Positions 25,041-32,000 of a DNA stretch of 32,000 bases are shown one piece after another. Under the pieces are notes generated by a model that saw nothing but the letters and a program-made list of their open reading frames with translations, was not told where the DNA came from and did no database searches. Origin of the DNA: an uncultured Lentisphaeria bacterium (GTDB taxonomy: Bacteria > Verrucomicrobiota > Lentisphaeria > JABSQK01 > JAJFLO01); contig OX638337.1 in assembly GCA_951812855.1 (NCBI GenBank), positions 30,001 to 62,000 of the forward strand. The letters run 5' to 3'. The position numbers and the translations under genes are program-made. Position 1 is the first letter of the stretch. Each line of letters begins with the position of its first letter.

Positions 25041-26036
25041 TCATTTTTGCGAGTCTCTGTTGCGGATGATGATTCTATTATAGATATTACGTCCATTTAT
25101 TTTTGTTAAGCATTCATACCCAATCCATCTTGCTGAGTTTGCTATCCCCAAAATCTCAAACTGATCCGGATTATATTTATCCATAAAGGTAATGGGTACG
25201 CCCATAGCACCGGCGTAGTCCATAGGGATTTCTTTTACCTTACTCACTTCAATGGCATCGTAGTTATCGTATGTTGGATAGTCGGCAGGCGTGTATTTTT
25301 TGTAGAGGATAAGTTCTTCATGACGTTTTTGGTGGTCTAAGTTGGTAAACCAGTTGATACTTCCTTTACTAAAATACTTCGTGCCGTTTTCTATTTTCTT
25401 CCGTGATTCGGTTTTTATATCGTAGTTGTCAGGGACGCGAAACCATTTTGTGCCGCCGTTATCATAACCGAGCCAGATTTTATTTTCTTTTATGAGCTTA
25501 AAAATTTCCTTGTAAGTGATTGCATTTTGATCTCCGATTATCACAAACTTCTTATCGTATTCAACAAGCTGCGACACATATTCACGAAACAGTGAGAACG
25601 GCGGGTTGGTAACGACAATATCGGCTTGCTCTAACAGCTTAATTGCCTCTGGACTGCGAAAATCGCCATCGCCTTTGAAGGCTTTAACACCTATCTCCTC
25701 CGGATCAGGTACTTTGTTGTGGTTTTTGTCGCCTTCGTATTCCAAATAGATGGCCTGTTCACAGTCGTGCTGACTGAATAAATCCATATTTTGATTTTTA
25801 TAGCAGGCGGTGATGAGTTTTTTTAAGCCGAATGCCTCAAACCCGTATGAAAAATAATGAAAAAAACCGCTGATACGCGGGTCATCGCAGTTGCAGTAAA
25901 CCGTTTTGTTTTTGAAATGATGCCAGTAGTGTTTCAGCTCATTTTCAATATCGGACAGTTGCGTATAAAACTCATCTTTTTTGGTGTTTTTGGCGGCGTG
26001 TAGATTGGTGTTTTTAGTTGCCTTGCTCATGGTCAT
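25041..26036 (-). CDS. N6-adenine DNA methyltransferase, EcoRI-methylase-like family
   Basis: Catalytic motif IV VVTNPPFSLFREY (NPPF). N-terminal KDEFYTQLSDIE...VYCNCDDP, and C-terminal YDNYDAIEVSK...MGVPITFMDKYNP, as I recall for this family. Confidence 0.78.
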   Translation of the reverse strand: MTMSKATKNTNLHAAKNTKKDEFYTQLSDIENELKHYWHHFKNKTVYCNCDDPRISGFFHYFSYGFEAFGLKKLITACYKNQNMDLFSQHDCEQAIYLEYEGDKNHNKVPDPEEIGVKAFKGDGDFRSPEAIKLLEQADIVVTNPPFSLFREYVSQLVEYDKKFVIIGDQNAITYKEIFKLIKENKIWLGYDNGGTKWFRVPDNYDIKTESRKKIENGTKYFSKGSINWFTNLDHQKRHEELILYKKYTPADYPTYDNYDAIEVSKVKEIPMDYAGAMGVPITFMDKYNPDQFEILGIANSARWIGYECLTKINGRNIYNRIIIRNRDSQK

Positions 26037-26470
26037 ATAGCGATGTTGGCAGATTGTATGTCAAGTGCAGGCCGTTAGCAAGAAGCAAGGTTAAGGGAAG
26101 TTGTTGTCTTGCCTTCTCTCCCCCCTTTTTGGTTGGCTGTCGCAATTGTTACTATTGACATTTTGAGTTAAATACTTTCTAATTTTCTTTATTCGTCAAT
26201 CACTATTTTACAAAGAGTAAACATAATAAACAAGCCAGTTTTCAATATTGTTAAATTTAGATTTTTTTCTTGACACTACATACATGTCTTAAAATAAATA
26301 TGTTTTAAGTACTTATGATTCGAACACTCCTTTATCATTTTCCAAATGGAATTGACGAATTGTTAAGCGATTGTGATTCTGTGCTTAAAAAGTTATTCGA
26401 CTTAAATGAGCTTTACAGTCATTGTAAAAAAGTTCTTACACGTTGATTTCTAAATACTCGACCCGTCAGA

Positions 26471-27580
26471 TTATAGATAGTGTCTGTCGACTCGGTTACC
26501 AATCGAACAAATAATCTCGTAGGATATCGTATTTTTTGCATCGGCCCACTCGTTGACTGGTATTGAATTGCCCAGACATTCGACTTGGTCTCCAATCGCT
26601 GCTTCCGGGACATGAGAAATTTGAATCGTTGTATAATCCATTGAAATTCTGCCTAAAACGGGACATCGCTTTGCCTGGAGATAAAATGCACCATTATTAG
26701 AAATGGCGATTGGTACACCATCAGCATAGCCGGCTGAAACCGTTCCCACTCGAGTGGGGCAGGGTGTTTTGTAGGTTTTGCCATAGCCGATTTCGGTTTG
26801 CGGGGGTAATATTCGTATTGCGACTAAGCGGGCTTTAACGGTGAAAACCGGGGATAGTTTAATGGACTGAGCACCCTGAAAATCAAATACGCCATATAAA
26901 TTGATTCCGGTTCTCACCATAGAAAATGGGGGTTTACAGGATTCCGGAATATTATTAATACCATCGCTATTGGCTATATGAATCCATTTAAAAGTAATAT
27001 TTTTTTGGTCGAGTAATTCAAGGAGTGTCTTTATTTTTTTTATTTGTTCCAGAGAAAAATCCCGATTATTATATGCCTGGGGAAAATGAGTATAGATTCC
27101 AGTGCAGTTTAAGCCGGGTAATTTAATTGTATTCTCAATTATTTTTTGACTGTCATTGTATAAAATTCCCAACCGCCCCATTCCGGTATCTATAAGATAA
27201 TGGCATTCGAGAATTTTGTTCTGCCTTACAGCCTCACTGCTTAATTTTACGGCAGTTTGCAGATCTGTAATTGGTGCAATAAACCCCATTTCCACGATCA
27301 TTGGAATTTCATCATCAATGATACCTCCGAGCAGTTGTATCGGTTTACCAAAATGAGAAATTGATATTGCTTCTTTAACATCAGCAACCCCGAAAGAATA
27401 AATTCCAGTGTCGGACAGTGCCTTTGCAATTTCAACTGCTCCGAGACCGTAGGCGTTTGCTTTCAGTACTGCCATTACTTTCAAAGGCGATACTTTATCT
27501 GATATTAGGTCAAAATTTGATTTAATTTTGTTTAGGCTGATTTCCACCCAAACTCGTGAAGCAGCAGTTTTATTTGTCAT
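26471..27580 (-). CDS. alr: Alanine racemase
   Basis: PLP-lysine motif AVLKANAYGLG. 369 aa. Overlaps nth by 4 nt. Confidence 0.9.
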   Translation of the reverse strand: MTNKTAASRVWVEISLNKIKSNFDLISDKVSPLKVMAVLKANAYGLGAVEIAKALSDTGIYSFGVADVKEAISISHFGKPIQLLGGIIDDEIPMIVEMGFIAPITDLQTAVKLSSEAVRQNKILECHYLIDTGMGRLGILYNDSQKIIENTIKLPGLNCTGIYTHFPQAYNNRDFSLEQIKKIKTLLELLDQKNITFKWIHIANSDGINNIPESCKPPFSMVRTGINLYGVFDFQGAQSIKLSPVFTVKARLVAIRILPPQTEIGYGKTYKTPCPTRVGTVSAGYADGVPIAISNNGAFYLQAKRCPVLGRISMDYTTIQISHVPEAAIGDQVECLGNSIPVNEWADAKNTISYEIICSIGNRVDRHYL

Positions 27581-28245
27581 GAAACATAATCAGATTTATA
27601 CGGATAATTGCAGAAATCAAAAACTCTGCAGTCGGTACACAGTGGTTTTCTTGCCTTGCATGTATAGCGGCCGTGAAGAATTAAGTAGTGATGTGCTGGT
27701 TTAAGGTGAGCTCCGGGAATTTTTTTCAACAATATTTTTTCGGTAGCTTCGGGTGTTTTTGCGTCTGCTAATCCCACCCTGTTTGCGACTCGAAAAATGT
27801 GGGTATCGACGGCTAATGCAGGCTGATCATACAAAACATTCAGGACAACATTTGCTGTTTTTCTTCCAATGCCGGGCATTGATTGTAAATCCTCTCTATT
27901 ATCCGGCACGACATTATTGAATTTTTCTTTAATTAACTGACAAATCCCAATTATTGATTTGGCTTTATTTTTATACAGCCCGATCGAGCGAATGCTGTTG
28001 CGAATCCTGTCTTCTCCAAAGTTCAGATAATCTTCTGCTGTCCTGCAATGTTTCCATAATCCGGGAGTTGCTTTATTTACAGCTTTGTCTGTGCACTGTG
28101 CTGAGAGCACAACGGCGATGACTAAGTCTAACGGTGTCGACCAGTTTAATTCGGATTCCGGGACGATGTAAGAACTCAGCGTGTCAAAAAAATTCTTTAT
28201 TCTGGCTGAATTTAACGGTTTCGGTTTTTTTACTTTGACAGTCAT
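27577..28245 (-). CDS. nth: Endonuclease III (DNA glycosylase/AP lyase)
   Basis: HhH-GPD element LPGIGRKTANVVL. C-terminal 4Fe-4S cluster CKARKPLCTDCRVFDFC. Confidence 0.92.
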   Translation of the reverse strand: MTVKVKKPKPLNSARIKNFFDTLSSYIVPESELNWSTPLDLVIAVVLSAQCTDKAVNKATPGLWKHCRTAEDYLNFGEDRIRNSIRSIGLYKNKAKSIIGICQLIKEKFNNVVPDNREDLQSMPGIGRKTANVVLNVLYDQPALAVDTHIFRVANRVGLADAKTPEATEKILLKKIPGAHLKPAHHYLILHGRYTCKARKPLCTDCRVFDFCNYPYKSDYVS

Positions 28246-28276
28246 TGAGTTATCATGGTATTGATTATGTGCCAGT

Positions 28277-29611
28277 TTAAAATACTGAAAGCAATACGCC
28301 GGCAGCCACTGCAGAGCCGATGACTCCGGCTACATTTGGTCCCATTGCATGCATCAGCAGGAAATTTTGCGGGTCTTCTTCACTGCCTATATTTTGGGAT
28401 ACGCGGGCAGCCATCGGTACGGCAGATACGCCTGCAGATCCAATCAACGGATTGATTTTTACAGTAGAAAATTTATTCATTAACTTTGCCATAATTAATC
28501 CGAACGCGGTTCCGACTGAAAATGCTGCGATCCCCAATGATAAAATCCCGATCGTTTCGATATTGAGGAATTCTTTGGCGGATAATTTAGATCCGACTCC
28601 AAGTCCCAGAAAAATAGTGGTGATGTTAATCAACGGATTCTGCAGGGTATCTGATAATCGATCTACAACACCGCTTTCCTTTACCAGGTTGCCGAACATG
28701 AAACATCCTATCAACGGTGTTGCTGAGGGAAGTAAGAGTAAGCAGATAATTAAAACTGAAAGCGGGAATAGAATCTTTTCAACTCTACCGACATGTCGCA
28801 GCTGCTTCATTCGAATTTTACGTTCTTCCGGTGTTGTCAACAGTTTCATAATCGGAGGTTGAATAATTGGAACCAAAGCCATATAAGAATAAGCAGCAAC
28901 CGCGATGGATCCCAACAGACGCGGTGATAATTGTGATGCAAGGAATATCGCTGTTGGACCGTCAGCACCGCCAATAATTCCGATAGAAGCGGCATCCTTG
29001 AGTGAAAAGTTGATGCCGGGGACATATTCTGTAAGTATCAGTGCCCCAATTAACGTGAAAAAGATACCAAATTGTGCAGCGGCACCCAAAAGAATGGTTT
29101 TTGGATTTGCCAGAAGCGGACCAAAATCAGTTAATGCTCCAACACCCATAAATATTAATAACGGAAACACACCGGTTTTGATGCCTGTATTGTAAACGAT
29201 ATAGATCAGACCGCCATCATCGCTGATTCCGGCCAATGGGATATTACTCAGAATACATCCGAATCCAATAGGTACCAGTAATAGAGGTTCGAATTTCATT
29301 GCAATTCCCAGATACAAAAGTGCTAACCCGATACAAATCATCAGGAATCGTCCTGTTCCCTCAGTCCAACTGCCTTTGTTCATAGAAATGAATGATGAAA
29401 TTCCGGTGCTTTCCCAAAGATTCCGTATAAGTTGTTTCAAGGAGGGCAGTGATTCTGTGTCAGAATATGACGACTCAGCGTTTTCGTTAGAAGCAGGAAT
29501 CTCAGAATGATTATCATAGATTTCTGCACAGGTATAGTTGGAAGACGATCCCATACCAATGCATAATACAGCAGTGAGGACAGTGACAGATAAAACTTTA
29601 AAATTCAGCAT
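28277..29611 (-). CDS. oadB: Na+-transporting oxaloacetate decarboxylase, beta subunit
   Basis: Polytopic membrane protein of 444 aa with OadB-like sequence ([17 protein letters not shown]-like segments). Lies in a cluster with the alpha and gamma subunits. Confidence 0.85.
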   Translation of the reverse strand: MLNFKVLSVTVLTAVLCIGMGSSSNYTCAEIYDNHSEIPASNENAESSYSDTESLPSLKQLIRNLWESTGISSFISMNKGSWTEGTGRFLMICIGLALLYLGIAMKFEPLLLVPIGFGCILSNIPLAGISDDGGLIYIVYNTGIKTGVFPLLIFMGVGALTDFGPLLANPKTILLGAAAQFGIFFTLIGALILTEYVPGINFSLKDAASIGIIGGADGPTAIFLASQLSPRLLGSIAVAAYSYMALVPIIQPPIMKLLTTPEERKIRMKQLRHVGRVEKILFPLSVLIICLLLLPSATPLIGCFMFGNLVKESGVVDRLSDTLQNPLINITTIFLGLGVGSKLSAKEFLNIETIGILSLGIAAFSVGTAFGLIMAKLMNKFSTVKINPLIGSAGVSAVPMAARVSQNIGSEEDPQNFLLMHAMGPNVAGVIGSAVAAGVLLSVF

Positions 29612-29739
29612 CGATTTTCTATTAATTTATACGTTGTTATGAATTACAAATATTAGATATGTATCTAGTTTATCCGGTTGAAATAATTTCAGAATTGTCA
29701 GAGTGTCTTGCCGGTTACCTACAATATTTTCGGTAATTG

Positions 29740-31557
29740 TCACATTGTGGCTAATAATTGTCCTGCTTTAACAAGATCACCCTGAACAACTTCAACGGTT
29801 GCAATTGAACCGGAAACTGGTGCGACAACATTAGTTTCCATTTTCATTGCTTCTAAAACGATGATGGTGTCGTTTTCTTTAACCGTATCTCCCGGGTTAA
29901 CCAGAACTTTATAGACATTACCCGGTAAATTCGCGTTTATCTCTGTATTTCCATCTGAACCTGCTGAATCAGCCGGAGCGGGTTCAGCCGCTTTGACCGG
30001 TTGAACAGTTTGGACATCTCCGGTTTCTTCTTTGACCTTTACTGAATAAGCTTTGCCATTGACTTCTACCGTGTAATTGGCCGGATGTCTCGTTCGAGAC
30101 ATATTTTCTGATTCCTTCTGTACGGGTGCCGGAGTTGATTTTTCTTCTGGTTTATCTTTGGAGACTTTGCGGACATTGATCTGCATTTTTCCTTTTAGAA
30201 AATCAATACCTTTATTCCCTCCGGGAGTTGCAAGTGCTCCTGCAATAAAAATGTTTTCATCTGTTTGTTCCAACCCTTCGTCTTTTAATAATTTTCTTGC
30301 TCTTGGAATTCCAGGTTCCAAAACAGAAAGTGGATCACCTTCCAGGGGTGGTTTTCCAAGTTGTTCTTCGGCAATTTTTACGATTTCAGGGTCGGGTTTT
30401 ACGGGAGTTCGGCCGAAGTATCCGAGTACCATATTTCCGTAACCATCGGTAATTTTTTTCCAGGGTCCCTGAGTTACGTTGGCGTAGGCCTGTTGAAAAT
30501 AAAATTGGGAAACTGGAGTTACTGAGGTTCCAAAACCGCCTCTGGCGACACATTCAGCCATGGCTTCAATAACCTTTGGGTAAAGATGCAGCGTCCCGGT
30601 ATCACGCATCATCATGGTATTTGCAGTCAACGCACCACCCGGCATCGGTGATAAAACGACTTCTGATGATACGGATAATGCCTCCGGCGGGAAAAAATAA
30701 TCTTTCATACATTCCTTAAAGACAGAATTGGCTTCCAGAATTTTCTTAACATCAATATCAATACAATAATCCGTTCCTTTCAGTGCATGCCACATTGAGA
30801 TCATATCAGGTTGAGACGTCCCCCCTGAAACAGGTGCACGGGCCAGACATATTCCATCGCATCCCCCGTTAATCGCTGCTAAATATTGGGAAATCCCTTC
30901 TGATGAGGTGTCATGCGTATGATGCCAGATTATGACATTTTTACCCAGTAATTTCCTGGCACCGGAAATCGTGTCATATACTTTCTTTTGATTACTTGTT
31001 CCGGAAGCATCCTTAAAGCATACGGAATCATATGGGGTTCCTGAATCAATAATTTTCTTTAGAGTATCCAGATAAAATTGTGCATCATGAGCACCTTCAC
31101 AACCGGGAGGAAGGTCCATCAGCGTGACCACAATCTGGTGATGTAAACCTGCATTTGAAATACATTGCCCGGAATATTCCAGATTTCGAACATCGTTTAA
31201 TGCGTCAAAATTGCGGATATGTGTAATACCATGTTTTGCAAACAGTTTTGCATGAAGATCAATCATATCCCCGGGTTGAGCAGATAAGGCAACAACGTTA
31301 ATCCCCCGGGCGAGGGTTTGCAGTTTTGCATCGGGTCCAGCGGATTCACGAAACCGGTCCATCATATCAAATGCGGATTCGCCACAGTACATAAAAAGAC
31401 TTTGGAATCGTGCACCGCCTCCAGCTTCAAAATGGTCTATGCCAGCTGCGACTGCAGCTTTGACAGCGGGCAAAAAATCGTCCGTTAACGCTCTGGCTCC
31501 GAATACGGACTGAAAACCATCACGAAAGGATGTATCCTGGAATAATATTTTCTTCAT
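29740..31557 (-). CDS. oadA: Oxaloacetate decarboxylase alpha subunit (carboxyltransferase + biotinyl domain)
   Basis: N-terminal pyruvate carboxyltransferase TIM barrel (DTSFRDGFQS). C-terminal biotin attachment motif EAMKMET. Confidence 0.9.
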   Translation of the reverse strand: MKKILFQDTSFRDGFQSVFGARALTDDFLPAVKAAVAAGIDHFEAGGGARFQSLFMYCGESAFDMMDRFRESAGPDAKLQTLARGINVVALSAQPGDMIDLHAKLFAKHGITHIRNFDALNDVRNLEYSGQCISNAGLHHQIVVTLMDLPPGCEGAHDAQFYLDTLKKIIDSGTPYDSVCFKDASGTSNQKKVYDTISGARKLLGKNVIIWHHTHDTSSEGISQYLAAINGGCDGICLARAPVSGGTSQPDMISMWHALKGTDYCIDIDVKKILEANSVFKECMKDYFFPPEALSVSSEVVLSPMPGGALTANTMMMRDTGTLHLYPKVIEAMAECVARGGFGTSVTPVSQFYFQQAYANVTQGPWKKITDGYGNMVLGYFGRTPVKPDPEIVKIAEEQLGKPPLEGDPLSVLEPGIPRARKLLKDEGLEQTDENIFIAGALATPGGNKGIDFLKGKMQINVRKVSKDKPEEKSTPAPVQKESENMSRTRHPANYTVEVNGKAYSVKVKEETGDVQTVQPVKAAEPAPADSAGSDGNTEINANLPGNVYKVLVNPGDTVKENDTIIVLEAMKMETNVVAPVSGSIATVEVVQGDLVKAGQLLATM

Positions 31558-31673
31558 TTTATTTCCCTCATTTCATCTCATTGACTTTTAACAATTCAGA
31601 CACGTGTTACGCAGTAACAATGCCCGATTCTTCATTCTGTATGTCCGGTAACTCTATTCAAGTTAAATCCAGG

Positions 31674-31931
31674 TTAATTTTCATTTCGATAACGTGATAT
31701 CGCAGCACTGATAATCGCGGTTAAGGCAGTGTCGTTTTCGTTATCATCTGAAATTGATTTTTGGCTTTGAGAAGCCATATCGATTCGACTCTGATTTTCG
31801 AACGCGATTTCTTTTTCAGTATATCCTTTAAGAACCCGTGCAGATAATTCGACAACACCGTAAAGTATAAGGAGAAAAATAAAAACGACTCCCATCCCCA
31901 GGAGCATTAGCTTAAAACCTTCAATAATCAT
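31674..31931 (-). CDS. oadG: Oxaloacetate decarboxylase gamma subunit
   Basis: 85-aa protein with a single N-terminal TM helix (GFKLMLLGMGVVFIFLLILY), directly upstream of oadA in the typical oadGAB order. Confidence 0.7.
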   Translation of the reverse strand: MIIEGFKLMLLGMGVVFIFLLILYGVVELSARVLKGYTEKEIAFENQSRIDMASQSQKSISDDNENDTALTAIISAAISRYRNEN

Positions 31932-32000
31932 ATTGTCGAATACTGTTTTAATGTTGATTTGTGGTTCAGAAAAAATGTAATAAATAATACGATATACTAA

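Noticed and set aside
26315-26330. tRNA T-loop-like string GATTCGAAC near the right island border (possible tRNA-fragment att site).
   Set aside because: The flanking bases cannot form the 5-bp T-stem on either strand, and there is no acceptor or anticodon arm.
432-30442. Many 60-180-aa track ORFs lie antisense to or overlap the long genes. Examples: 432..635, 476..691, 806..1021, 1235..1438, 1258..1512, 2040..2285, 2594..2800, 4447..4641, 4889..5228, 6298..6655, 6915..7103, 7522..7932, 9558..9795, 10828..11025, 11915..12166, 13460..13663, 15219..15428, 16194..16454, 17296..17541, 17530..17784, 17893..18156, 18801..19621, 24545..24862, 26419..26613, 28320..29195, 30077..30442.
   Set aside because: Each is embedded in a longer ORF with clear family motifs on the other strand or frame. 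Their sequences are low-complexity or lack recognisable motifs, so I treat them as shadow ORFs.
1-32000. CRISPR arrays, rRNA/tRNA genes, transposases and integrases.
   Set aside because: I looked for regularly spaced repeats and for the usual motifs (DDE, tyrosine-recombinase R..HxxR..Y) among the ORFs and found none. The only repeats are the 13-bp and 17-bp tandem duplications and the 91-bp pair.

Overview
This is a chromosomal window from a bacterium with Gram-negative-type envelope genes, at roughly 40% G+C judged from a few hand-counted 60-nt lines. Most of it is ordinary housekeeping: truA, dnaG, haem synthesis (hemY, hemE), LPS inner-core and Kdo genes (gmhB, heptose-7-P kinase, waaA, kdsD), alr, nth and a Na+-pumping oxaloacetate decarboxylase operon (oadGAB). 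The accessory part lies between kdsD (ends 16088) and alr (ends 26471). It is a ~10.3 kb island encoded entirely on the minus strand, with no integrase, transposase or tRNA. In transcription order it contains: (1) an EcoRI-methylase-family N6-adenine MTase; (2) a 624-aa GHKL-ATPase / PD-(D/E)xK-nuclease fusion; (3) an HTH-ImmA/IrrE metallopeptidase plus a DUF4411 PIN-like protein; (4) a minimal type I CBASS, a CD-NTase plus a 2TM/beta-rich Cap15-like effector that is broken by a perfect 17-bp tandem duplication; (5) an NgoFVII-family type II R-M pair (C5-MTase plus PLD-type REase); (6) a stretch of gene fragments; (7) a DUF262-HNH nuclease. The block 19.9-25.0 kb is much more AT-rich than its surroundings (sampled lines 20-23% G+C against 42-47%). 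Its three modules are separated by two 91-bp direct repeats of 92% identity, each ending at the next module's start codon. These repeats look like collapsed 3-prime ends of a methyltransferase gene similar to the one at 25041-26036, which suggests serial cassette insertion at one hotspot. The best candidate for an undescribed system is the GHKL-ATPase/nuclease fusion, alone or with the adjacent MTase, followed by the HTH-ImmA + DUF4411 pair. All family assignments come from motif recognition by eye; no database search was possible.
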